Assembly (NCBI GenBank): GCA_963827655.1
Contig: CAWHCF010000019.1
Coordinates: forward strand, 1-64,000
Length of the DNA: 64,000 nucleotides
Source: an uncultured Acidobacteriota bacterium
Lineage (GTDB): Bacteria; Acidobacteriota; UBA6911
Reading direction: 5' to 3'
The notes under the pieces were generated by a model that was given only the letters and a program-made list of their open reading frames with translations, did not search any database and was not told where the DNA came from. The position numbers and the translations under genes are program-made. Below, piece by piece: positions 23,162-32,317 of the stretch. Numbering within the stretch: position 1 is the stretch's first letter; the number at the start of each line of letters is the position of its first letter.

Positions 23162-23176
23162 GCAATCGTCGTGCCA
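23162..23176 (-). promoter_or_regulatory. Sigma-54 -24/-12 promoter
   Basis: Reverse strand TGGCACGACGATTGC about 140 bp upstream of the sortase-substrate gene. Confidence 0.8.
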
Positions 23177-23339
23177 TCGCGAGGGCGCCGGTTATCTGGA
23201 TATCCTGCAGCTAGTTAATAGGGGAAGAAAGCCACGCCCTGGGAACTACGGGCGTCCATGTGAGGGAAAATTTTTCCTTGGGCAGGCTGTGAACACCAGG
23301 ATTCGTCTCAGAGCGGATTTGCGTCCTGGCAATAAGTGG

Positions 23340-24695
23340 TCACGACCGGCCTGTCGGAATCGGCGCCGTGATTTCAGAAGATGAGAACTTGCGCCACAAA
23401 AGAAAAGCGATGAGCCCGGCCGCGATCAGCGCCAGACCCCCGACTACGTACTTCAAGCCGGAAGTGAAAAAAATGTAGAGCCATCCTGTCAGCGCAATCA
23501 AACTCGGCAGCGGATACCACCACATGCGAAACGAGGGAGGGTAGCCTGGCTGTGTTTTGCGAAGTATCGTCACGGCTGCAATCTGACCCAGGAACTGAAT
23601 CAGGATGCGAGCTGTTATGAGATAAGTGATGACGTCGACCAGCTCCAGGAAGCTGGCCATCAGAGTAATAAGTCCCAGGACAAGAACTGAAACGTGGGGG
23701 AAATGCCCGGTCGGGTGCAGCTTGCCAAACACTCTGAAAAAGTACCCGTCCAGCGCGGCCGCGTATGGGATTCGAGAATACCCGACCAGTAACGCAAAAA
23801 TCGAGGCGAAGGCCGTCCACACGATCATTACCGTAACGGCGCCGCCGGCCCAGGGTCCATAGATGCGCTCCATGAAATCCGATGCGATGTATTTCGATTG
23901 CATGGCCTCGCGCCAGGGGATTACGCCGATGAAAGAGAGGTTCATCGTGGCATAAATGAGAGCTACTGCGATTACCGACAGGATGATTGCTTTCGGTATC
24001 ACCCGCGCGGGGTTCTTTACTTCATCCCCGATGTAGCAAACGTCGTAGTAGCCGAGAAAGTCGTACATGGCAATCAGCATCGCGCCGCCCAGACCCACAA
24101 AAAAGCTCTGATTCAAGCTGAACGCGCCCGCGGGAAAGTCGAAAGCCCGGCCGGCATCAAAATGGAGCAGGCCCGACGCGATTATCCAGGTCACGGTGAC
24201 GATCATTCCCAACCAAAGAGTGACAGTGGCCCGCGCGATAAAGTTTATTCGCCGATAAAGCAGAAGCGTGGCGAGAATCGCCACGGTGGCGGCCACCCAT
24301 TTGCCTTGCGCGGGACTCATCGACTTCCAAAAGTAGTTCACGTACATGGAAATCCCAATCGTGCCGGAAGCCAATTCGAGGGGCCCGCTCAGTATGAATT
24401 GCCATATGAAGAGAAAAGGCATGGCCTTTCCGAAACGAAATCGCTCGTACGCCTTTTTCAAATACAGGTAGGTCCCGCCGGATCCCGGCATCGACGAAGA
24501 AAGCTCGGCCCACACCATGCCGTCGCTCATCGCAATAAGAACACCGACCAGCCAGCCCAGCATGCATTGTGGTCCTCCCATCGTCCCGATTATGATCGGA
24601 ATAGTGATGAACGGTCCGATACCGACCATATTGGACATGTTGAGAGCGCTCGCATGGAGCAGCCCAAATCTCCGTTCAAGGCGGGGAGCTTCCAT
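23340..24695 (-). CDS. APC-family amino acid permease
   Basis: About 12 hydrophobic segments, NMVGIGPF, GSGGTY, DEVKNPARVIPKAI. Confidence 0.92.
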   Translation of the reverse strand: MEAPRLERRFGLLHASALNMSNMVGIGPFITIPIIIGTMGGPQCMLGWLVGVLIAMSDGMVWAELSSSMPGSGGTYLYLKKAYERFRFGKAMPFLFIWQFILSGPLELASGTIGISMYVNYFWKSMSPAQGKWVAATVAILATLLLYRRINFIARATVTLWLGMIVTVTWIIASGLLHFDAGRAFDFPAGAFSLNQSFFVGLGGAMLIAMYDFLGYYDVCYIGDEVKNPARVIPKAIILSVIAVALIYATMNLSFIGVIPWREAMQSKYIASDFMERIYGPWAGGAVTVMIVWTAFASIFALLVGYSRIPYAAALDGYFFRVFGKLHPTGHFPHVSVLVLGLITLMASFLELVDVITYLITARILIQFLGQIAAVTILRKTQPGYPPSFRMWWYPLPSLIALTGWLYIFFTSGLKYVVGGLALIAAGLIAFLLWRKFSSSEITAPIPTGRS

Positions 24696-24773
24696 ATTGG
24701 TTTCTTCGGGTCTCAGCGTTCTGGTGATTGGTTTAAGCTCTGGCGCAGGCGTCGTCGCGTCACCGTCGTTCGA

Positions 24774-25190
24774 TCAGCTTGACTTGACGCGCCGCATAGC
24801 CACGATCTGGCCCCGCCCGAAATCACGAAACCGGTCAAGTTTCTGGGCAATGGAGTGCGGAACCTCGGCCGACTCCACGAAACCCATAGGACGGAAATAG
24901 TTCGGCATGTCGGTCGTAATCCAGACTTCGTTCGGAGCCCTCGAGATCAATTCATCAACGATCAGCGTCCCGATTCCCTGGTTGCGCCGGTCATGGAGCA
25001 CACCGACGCAGCCGAGTTCGGTAGCGTCGGGATAGGGCTTGAGGCGTCCGAATCCCACCATGACGCCTGCATCTTCGACGATCACAAACTGACCAGGCTC
25101 CAGGTTCTCGTAATCGAGGTGAAATTCACCGATCATCCGGACGATGGCCGGCATGTCTCGGTTGGTTGCGTTTCGAACTGTCAGGGACAT
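24774..25190 (-). CDS. GNAT N-acetyltransferase
   Basis: ELGCVGV..RRNQGIG motif A. Confidence 0.88.
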   Translation of the reverse strand: MSLTVRNATNRDMPAIVRMIGEFHLDYENLEPGQFVIVEDAGVMVGFGRLKPYPDATELGCVGVLHDRRNQGIGTLIVDELISRAPNEVWITTDMPNYFRPMGFVESAEVPHSIAQKLDRFRDFGRGQIVAMRRVKSS

Positions 25191-25195
25191 ATTAG

Positions 25196-26386
25196 TTAGA
25201 CGGCGCTCGCTTGCAGCGCTGAGAAATCGGCCAGGATTGTTTCGCGCTCCCCGCGGTCTACCGCGGCCCGGACCAGCCCGGCAACCTCGAAGACGCTCTC
25301 TGCCTGATCAACCTGCTCGAGGCGGGCCATCGTTTCCGGATGTCTGGGCACAAACATGGTGCAGCAATCCTGGTCCGGCAGAATGCTGATCTCGTAGGTC
25401 CCGATGGCGCGCGCTACTCGTATTATTTCTTCCTTGTCGTCTCCAATGAGCGGCCGAAAAATGGGAATGCTTGCCGCGGCCGACACCGCTCGCAGGTTAT
25501 TGAGCGTTTGGCTGGCGACCTGTCCCAGGCTGTCGCCGGTCACCAGGGCAGCGGCTTTTTCCTTTGCCGCAATGACTTCGGCAATCCGCACCATGAAGCG
25601 GCGGTAAAGTACCACCCGCAGAGAGGGCGGAGCAAAGGCGACTATTTCTCTCTGGAGTTCGGCAAAGGGAACCATGTAAAGCCGCGACTCGAGCTGATAT
25701 CGCGAAAGAATCTGGATTATTCGACGGACCTTCTCCTGCGATTCGGCCGTGGTATGAGGAAAACTATGAAAATGCACATACATCATCTGGCAGCCACGGC
25801 GCATGAGACGGTAAGCCGCCACTGGAGAGTCGATGCCTCCGGAAAGGAGACACATCACTCGACCGCCGCTGCGTGCCGGAAGTCCGCCGCCGCCGGCAAT
25901 TTTTTCGAAGTACAGGTAGGCATGTTGGCCCACGAGCTCCACGTAGCAGGTTAGTTCCGGGTCATTCAATCGAACGGGAACGCCTGTAAGGTCGTGAATG
26001 AAGGCGCCCAACTCCTGGTTCAATTGCTGCGAGTTCATCGGAAAATCTTTCGTTCCCCGGCGCGCTTCGATCTTGAAGGAGAGGAAGTTTCTTCCTTCCA
26101 ACAGACGGAAGAGGGCCGAGCGGATTGAATCGAGATCGGCCGGAACCTGCCAGGCAAAAGCAAAGTTCGCTATTCCAAACGCGGTCTTGATCCGCTTCTC
26201 AATCTCGGAGACCGGCGAATCTTGGCCCAGACTTACGAACATCCGGCCGGCAAAGCGTTGGATCCCTTCGTGCGCGAGATCGCGCAGGAGAGCCTCCAGG
26301 TGCAGTTTCAGGCGATTCTCGAACCATCCTCGATTATTTTTCTTGAGGTTGATCTCATGGTAATGTATGAGAACAAATCGCTTCAT
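25196..26386 (-). CDS. thiI: tRNA 4-thiouridine synthase ThiI
   Basis: HYHEINLKKNNR, THUMP domain, LLSGGIDSPVA, GDSLGQVASQT, DCC. Confidence 0.95.
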   Translation of the reverse strand: MKRFVLIHYHEINLKKNNRGWFENRLKLHLEALLRDLAHEGIQRFAGRMFVSLGQDSPVSEIEKRIKTAFGIANFAFAWQVPADLDSIRSALFRLLEGRNFLSFKIEARRGTKDFPMNSQQLNQELGAFIHDLTGVPVRLNDPELTCYVELVGQHAYLYFEKIAGGGGLPARSGGRVMCLLSGGIDSPVAAYRLMRRGCQMMYVHFHSFPHTTAESQEKVRRIIQILSRYQLESRLYMVPFAELQREIVAFAPPSLRVVLYRRFMVRIAEVIAAKEKAAALVTGDSLGQVASQTLNNLRAVSAAASIPIFRPLIGDDKEEIIRVARAIGTYEISILPDQDCCTMFVPRHPETMARLEQVDQAESVFEVAGLVRAAVDRGERETILADFSALQASAV

Positions 26387-26574
26387 TAACACTGGACTGA
26401 TTTTCCCAGCACGGAATTTAACTGCAGTGGGGACCGGGAACCCGTGGGTCATCCGCCGAACTTGCCATTTTTCCCGCTCGCCCCTGGGCTGGTAAAAAAG
26501 AGAGCCGTATCTTAACCCATGGCAATAACGGCTTACAACGCTCCTCTTGATTTTTTGGCAGGATTCTTGTTGTT

Positions 26575-26643
26575 TCTTCGTGTCCTTGCGTCCTGGTGGT
26601 ATTTGGTTAGCTGCCTGACCCCAAAGACGCCAAAGACACGAAC
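26575..26643. repeat. Inverted nonamer-type element
   Basis: cttcgtgtccttgcgtcctggtggt ... accccaaagacgccaaagacacgaac. Confidence 0.8.
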
Positions 26644-26664
26644 GCAAAACAGAAAGGAACATGC

Positions 26665-27495
26665 ATGCCCGAAAACAAAACCATGCTTGGAGCCCAGTGT
26701 CGAGCTGAGTTTCTCGGAACATTCATCTTGATCCTGGTGGGTGATGGAGCCGTTGCGGTGGATGTGTTCACCGGTTCGCTGGGTTTGTGGGGCGTTGCGA
26801 TGCTTTGGGGCCTGGGGGTTACGCTCGGCGTTTATGCAGTCGGGGCGGTCTCCGGCGGGCATCTGAATCCCGCCGTCACCGTGACCCTGGCATTATTCCG
26901 GGGTTTTCCGCGCCGCAAGATCGCTCCTTACATATTGAGTCAGATCCTGGGGGCGGCCGCCGCCGCCGCAACCCTTTGGGTTTTCTGGTATGGATTCTGG
27001 GCGGTCAAGGCAAGCGCGCTGGGAGTTGAGATTGGCCGCGAGGGAAGTCAGAAACTGGCCATGGTTTTCTGTTGTTTTTATCCCAACCCGGGTATTGTCG
27101 GCGCGACAGCGGCCGACCTGGCGAAGGTGTCGACGGGTCAGGCCTTCTTTGTCGAAGCAGTCCTCACGATGTTTCTGTTGCTCATGATACTTGCCCTGGT
27201 CGATGAGAGAAGCTCGGGAATACCCCTGTCTAATCTGGCTCCCCTCTTCATCGGGTTCACGGTGGCTGTTATAGTGGGGATCGCGTCACCGCTGACGATG
27301 GACGCCGTGAATCCAGTGCGCGATTTCGGCCCGCGGCTCCTGGCATGGCTGGTCGGTTTCGGATCCATTGCGTTTCCGGGGCCCCGAGGCAATGAATGGT
27401 GGCTTTACATTCTCGCTCCAATGCTCGGGGGAATCCTCGGGGGAATAATCTACGATGCTGTGGTACGGCGCTTTCTCCCGGGCAAATCGCAGTAG
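26665..27495 (+). CDS. MIP-family aquaglyceroporin (GlpF-like)
   Basis: AEFLGT, SGGHLNPAVT, second box AVNPVRDFGPR. Confidence 0.92.
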   Translation: MPENKTMLGAQCRAEFLGTFILILVGDGAVAVDVFTGSLGLWGVAMLWGLGVTLGVYAVGAVSGGHLNPAVTVTLALFRGFPRRKIAPYILSQILGAAAAAATLWVFWYGFWAVKASALGVEIGREGSQKLAMVFCCFYPNPGIVGATAADLAKVSTGQAFFVEAVLTMFLLLMILALVDERSSGIPLSNLAPLFIGFTVAVIVGIASPLTMDAVNPVRDFGPRLLAWLVGFGSIAFPGPRGNEWWLYILAPMLGGILGGIIYDAVVRRFLPGKSQ

Positions 27496-27543
27496 CGCCG
27501 CCAAAACCACCACCAAGACGCCTGGGAATCATCCTCTGTTATC

Positions 27544-28584
27544 ATGCAATCTCCTGAATCACTCCCGGCGCCGCGCACACGCCGGGAGTTTTTCGTGCAA
27601 TGTTCACTGGCCGGCGCGGGTCTTGCGGTTCTTCAAGAGCAGGAGCCCAAGGCAACCCGGCAATCGGCGCTCGCCCTGGCCAAGAATAAGGAACGAGGCG
27701 AAGCCCTCGACGCCGCTTTATCGCTATTGGGTGCGATCGATTTCGAGGGAAAAGATGTTTACCTGAAGGCGAACTTCAACAGCCCGGATCCTTTTCCGGC
27801 CACGACGCACCCGGAAACTCTCGCCGGCGTGGTACGCCATCTTCGCCAACGAAACTGCGCCCGTGTGATCCTCGTGGAGCGCAGCGGAATGGGAAGGACG
27901 CGCGACGTCTGGCGAAAGCTTGGGGTCCCGGATCTGGCCAAGCGGCTGGATCTGAGCCTGGTCGCCCTGGACGAGATTCCTTCCGAGACCTGGCGTCACG
28001 AAGAACTTAAAAATTCGCATTGGAAGCGTGGCGTCGAAGTTCCCAACCTGTTGAATGCCGAGACCTGCGTCGTTCAAATTTGCAATCTAAAGACCCATCG
28101 GTTCGGCGGGCATTTCAGCGCCAGTCTAAAGAACTCGCTGGGTTTAATTGCCAAGTATTCATCCCAGCCTCCCCGTTACAACTACATGACCGAGTTGCAC
28201 TCCTCCCCCGACCAGCGCTCGATGATCGCGGAAGTAAACCAAATCTACGCGCCTCATCTGGTCGTCATGGACGCAATACAGGCTTTCGTGAATGGCGGAC
28301 CTGAGCGCGGCGACATGGCCTACCCCGAAATGATAGCGGCTTCACGAGACAGGGTCGCGATCGACGCTGCCGGTGTGGCTGTGCTTCGCCTCCACGGAGC
28401 GGGTCCTCCGCTCAGTCGCGGGACCGTTTTCGACCAGGAGCAGCTCAAGCGCGCCGTCGAGCTTGAGCTCGGGGCAAAATCGGTCCAGGAGATCCAGTTT
28501 CTGACCTCAGACGACCCGGGGCGCCGACTCGCCGCGCAAATCACCGCCAGCCTGGAGACGGCTCCGAAGGACAAGAAACCGTGA
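27544..28584 (+). CDS. DUF362-domain protein with twin-arginine signal
   Basis: TRREFF, LKANFNS, TTHP, LKTH, SLKN, SRDRVAIDA. Confidence 0.8.
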   Translation: MQSPESLPAPRTRREFFVQCSLAGAGLAVLQEQEPKATRQSALALAKNKERGEALDAALSLLGAIDFEGKDVYLKANFNSPDPFPATTHPETLAGVVRHLRQRNCARVILVERSGMGRTRDVWRKLGVPDLAKRLDLSLVALDEIPSETWRHEELKNSHWKRGVEVPNLLNAETCVVQICNLKTHRFGGHFSASLKNSLGLIAKYSSQPPRYNYMTELHSSPDQRSMIAEVNQIYAPHLVVMDAIQAFVNGGPERGDMAYPEMIAASRDRVAIDAAGVAVLRLHGAGPPLSRGTVFDQEQLKRAVELELGAKSVQEIQFLTSDDPGRRLAAQITASLETAPKDKKP

Positions 28585-29027
28585 ACCATTCCAGACGCCG
28601 GACGCCCGCCTGCCTTAAAAATATTCAGGCCCGACGCAACTTTTTCCTTGAACCTGGGTTTGAGTAAGCGAGGTTCAGTCCATTCTGCGGGGCTGGGGTC
28701 CATTCCGTAAGGAGACCCATGGGGAGATGGGGGATCCAGGCCCCGCGTCCAATCCCTCTCCGCCGGCGATATTCGTTGGCGCCAGACTTTTTGCGTTGGA
28801 AAATACCAGTCTTTTGGCCCCTCTTAACCGCGCAATTTGGTGCCTGTCAACGAATTTCGTAGACCTTCCGCTGGCCTGCTAACTACCGCCGCGTCCTCCA
28901 GGCGTAAACGTTCTTCGTCTGTTTTAGTAACACTTTCGAAATAAATCTTACTGGATGTCGTATCTGTTAATAACCCTGGCGATGTAGTGGCTAGCAGTTG
29001 GACGTTAACCTTTGCAGGGATGGACGT

Positions 29028-29396
29028 ATGATGAAAAAAGACTTGAATTCAATGCTGCTAACCCGCCAAGAGCTGCAAATAATGAGAGTAGTGTGGGAGC
29101 GCAGCGAGGCCACCGTGCGAGACGTTTGTGAGGTAATCTCCCGGAAGAAAAAGACCGCGTACACCACGATCCTGACTCTTATGGGAATTCTCGAAGCTAA
29201 GGGAGCATTGACCCACGTTCGCTCCGGGCGGGCCTATGTCTACCGGCCGATTCTGTCACGCGACCAGGCCACCAGCAATCAGGTCAACGATGTGATAGAA
29301 AGGTTCTTTGACGGCGACGCCGACAGACTCGTCGACTATGTGCGCGAAAATGGGTCGGTTCAAGCCTGCATGGCGGTTTCTGGTTCGAGGATCTAG
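29028..29396 (+). CDS. BlaI/MecI/CopY-family transcriptional repressor
   Basis: LTRQELQIMRVVW, AYTTILTLM, KGAL, RAYVYRP. Confidence 0.92.
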   Translation: MMKKDLNSMLLTRQELQIMRVVWERSEATVRDVCEVISRKKKTAYTTILTLMGILEAKGALTHVRSGRAYVYRPILSRDQATSNQVNDVIERFFDGDADRLVDYVRENGSVQACMAVSGSRI

Positions 29397-30370
29397 GTTG
29401 TCGGCGCGTAGTATCCGCGACGGTAACGCATTTTCAGGCCCTTTTCAGCCAGTTTGACCTCCACCTTTCGGTAGCCGCCATCTCTCTGGGTGTTGCTGGA
29501 CAGGTAGCCAAGATTATACTGGCTTCGAAGCTCCTGGCTGATATGCTGGAAAGCCTCCTCGAGTTCCTCGACCTTGAAAGGAAAGAAAACCTTTCCGCCG
29601 GTTTCTTCGGCCAGCTGCTCCAGGACCCGATCCCCGGTCTTGCTTGAGCCGACTCCAAAGAATCCGCCCCGGCTGACACTGATCGCAAATATCGTGGCTT
29701 CGGCCTTCAGCGCCATCTGCAGCGCCTCTTCGTAGCTGTGTTTGCTGGCACTGTCTTCGCCGTCCGAGAGTAGAACGACAGTCTTGCGTCCCATCTCTCG
29801 AATCAGTTTCTCATCACAGGCGAGGTAGATCGCATCGTACAGTGCCGTCCCACCAGCCGCGCGCAAGGTCTTGATTTGTTTTGCCAGCTTGTTCGCGTCG
29901 CTGGTGAAATCCTGAACCATGGTCACGCCGGAATCGAACTCGACCAGCATGGCGCGATCCTTGTCCTTCAATACGCTGAAGAAAAAGTTCGTAGCAGCTT
30001 CCTGCTCAAATTTCAGCTTGGGAGCCACGCTCTGACTGGTATCGATCAGAAGGGCTATCGTCAGCGGCACATTCATGTCGCGGCTGAAGTTTTTGATCTC
30101 CTGCCTCCGGTTGTCTTCGTAAATCGCAAAGTTCTCGCGAGTCAAAGTAGTTACGAAAGCATTCGTCTTCTGGTCCCAGACCGAGCAGAAAATATTGACC
30201 AGGTCGACACTGACCCGGTAAGTCTGATCCGAGATTCGGGACGAAGGCTGCTCCTGGGTCCCAGGCGTCGTTTTGTTGGGTTGTTCCTGGCTCGAGCCGG
30301 ACTTGATGTGGGAGAGAGGTGTGAGCCCGAGCAGTAAGGCCAGGAGAAGCCGATTGTATCGATGGATCAT
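29393..30370 (-). CDS. Secreted VWA-domain protein (acidobacterial VWFA-related)
   Basis: VDLVNI, LLIDTSQS MIDAS, GGTALYDA, LLSDGED, ELRSQYNLGY, RRGYYAP. Confidence 0.92.
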   Translation of the reverse strand: MIHRYNRLLLALLLGLTPLSHIKSGSSQEQPNKTTPGTQEQPSSRISDQTYRVSVDLVNIFCSVWDQKTNAFVTTLTRENFAIYEDNRRQEIKNFSRDMNVPLTIALLIDTSQSVAPKLKFEQEAATNFFFSVLKDKDRAMLVEFDSGVTMVQDFTSDANKLAKQIKTLRAAGGTALYDAIYLACDEKLIREMGRKTVVLLSDGEDSASKHSYEEALQMALKAEATIFAISVSRGGFFGVGSSKTGDRVLEQLAEETGGKVFFPFKVEELEEAFQHISQELRSQYNLGYLSSNTQRDGGYRKVEVKLAEKGLKMRYRRGYYAPTT

Positions 30371-30565
30371 GGCGTCTTCCCTTTTTTACAGTTCGACGTG
30401 AAGTTCTTTGGTTCGACGGTTGGATTATAAGGAGAGCTGGAAGGCCAGTCAAGGCACCGGGAGTCCCGCCCACCGGGACGGGTTTGACGAAGCAAGCCCA
30501 AAGGGCGCGTGTTTTCGAGTGCGCCAGCTTGAAATGCCGAAGATGCGGCGCTTTCACCAAGCTCC

Positions 30566-31513
30566 TCAGGATTCCAATTGAGTAAGGAGAGCGGCAAGTT
30601 CCAGGGGCACGGCTGCTGAAAAGCTGACCAGCTGCCCCGAACGCGGATGGCGAAACTCGAGCTTGTGAGCGTGGAGAAAATGCCGTTCCAGACTGCCAAT
30701 GGCCTTCCGGAGCCTTTCGTCTTTCAAAGCTCGGCTGCGATCCCCACCATACAGCGTGTCTCCCACCACCGGATGGCCGATGTGTGACAGGTGGACGCGG
30801 ATCTGATGCGTCCTTCCGGTCTCTATCCGCACCTTCAGGAGCGACAGCGGTCCGTAGTCTCTCTCCACATGGTAGTGAGTGATCGCACTGCGATGCCGCC
30901 GTGCCCGAGCCGAGATCTTCTTCCGGTTCTTCGGATCGCGCCCGAGTGGGAGATCGATCGTGCCCGTCGCTGGAACGGGCCTTCCATACACGAGAACGGT
31001 ATATTCCTTCCTGACCTTTCTCCCCTTGAACTGCTCAGACAGAATCCTATGAGTCTCCCGATTCTTTGCCACCATCATCAGACCGCTCGTCTGTTTGTCC
31101 AGACGATGCACGATTCCCGGACGGGCAGGGTCTCCTCCTTCAAGCGGGCCTAAACGATAGAGCAGGGCGTTAACCAGAGTTCCGGAACGAACGCCGGCGC
31201 CCACGTGACACACCAGGCCCGCCGGTTTTTCAATGACCGCCAGATCGGTATCCTCATACACCACCGTGATCGGAATGTCTTCCGGATGAGGCTGGGCGGG
31301 GGGCGTCGTCTGCGGGTTCAGGGTTATTTGATCGCCCGGGCGCAAGGCGTAACCCGTCTTGGCTTGTAATCCATTGACGCGAATCTGTCCGCCACGAATC
31401 CAGACTTGGATCTGCGATCGGCTCTGATCCGGGACCTGTTGCGTCAGATAGCGATCGAGTCTTCCTGGGACCTCGCCCGCCTGAACGATCCAACGGCGCG
31501 CGATTTCCTCCAT
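30566..31513 (-). CDS. rluD: RluA-family pseudouridine synthase (RluD-like)
   Basis: S4 domain, KPAGL, GIVHRLDKQTSG, TGRTHQIRVH. Confidence 0.93.
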   Translation of the reverse strand: MEEIARRWIVQAGEVPGRLDRYLTQQVPDQSRSQIQVWIRGGQIRVNGLQAKTGYALRPGDQITLNPQTTPPAQPHPEDIPITVVYEDTDLAVIEKPAGLVCHVGAGVRSGTLVNALLYRLGPLEGGDPARPGIVHRLDKQTSGLMMVAKNRETHRILSEQFKGRKVRKEYTVLVYGRPVPATGTIDLPLGRDPKNRKKISARARRHRSAITHYHVERDYGPLSLLKVRIETGRTHQIRVHLSHIGHPVVGDTLYGGDRSRALKDERLRKAIGSLERHFLHAHKLEFRHPRSGQLVSFSAAVPLELAALLTQLES

Positions 31514-32307
31514 CAGGCCGCCGGCGCCTCCCTGGTGCGTTGGCGCAGGAAGTAAAAGGCGGCCAGGGCTCCGACGATGGTGAGGATTCCAATGAATTGA
31601 GACGTGGAGAGCAAACCTCCGAACAGAAACCCTCGATCATCGTCACGGAAGAACTCTATTATGAAGCGAAACACCGAATAGAGGACCAGATACTCCAGGA
31701 TTATCTGCCCCGTAAAGTGCTTGCGTGAAAGACGCCACATCAAGTACAGGAACAACAGCAAGGTGGCAAGAGATTCATAGAGCTGGGTCGGGTGAAGCGG
31801 CGTATTCAGCGGCACGCCGACGTTATCATAAGCATACCGGTCGGTGAAGGTGATTCCCCAGGGCATCTGAGTCGCCTTGCCGTAGCAACATCCGGCCGAA
31901 AGGCACCCGAGCCGCCCGATCGCCTGACCCAAGGCGATGCCGGGCGCGGCCAGGTCGGCGATGGTCCATCCCGGAAGCCCGGTCTTGCGCAAATAGATTG
32001 CCGAAGCAGCCAGCGCCAGGAGTAACCCGCCGTAGTAGACGCCGGCCGAACGAAGGGTTGAGAGTGAAAAAATCTCGCGCGGATTTTGAGAATAGTAGGA
32101 GAAATCCGAGAGAAAGAGAAGAACCTTGGCGCCGACCAGCGCCGAGAAGATGATGATCAATCCGAGATTCCAGATCTTATCCGGATCTAATCCTTCCTTT
32201 CGCGCATTGCGGCTCGTGAGCCAGATACCGGCGATAAAGGCCAGAGCCAGAAGCAAACCGTATGTGTGAATTGTTACAGGGCCAAGGTCTACGATTTTGG
32301 GGTACAT
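31513..32307 (-). CDS. lgt: Prolipoprotein diacylglyceryl transferase
   Basis: YGGL, GQAIGRLGC..GCCYG, HPTQLYE, RFIIEFFR. Confidence 0.95.
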   Translation of the reverse strand: MYPKIVDLGPVTIHTYGLLLALAFIAGIWLTSRNARKEGLDPDKIWNLGLIIIFSALVGAKVLLFLSDFSYYSQNPREIFSLSTLRSAGVYYGGLLLALAASAIYLRKTGLPGWTIADLAAPGIALGQAIGRLGCLSAGCCYGKATQMPWGITFTDRYAYDNVGVPLNTPLHPTQLYESLATLLLFLYLMWRLSRKHFTGQIILEYLVLYSVFRFIIEFFRDDDRGFLFGGLLSTSQFIGILTIVGALAAFYFLRQRTREAPAA

Positions 32308-32317
32308 GAGTTGGGCG

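Noticed and set aside
26387-26722. Long N-terminal extension of ThiI
   Set aside because: It runs through a repeat element and the divergent MIP gene; homology starts at MKRFVLIHYHE.
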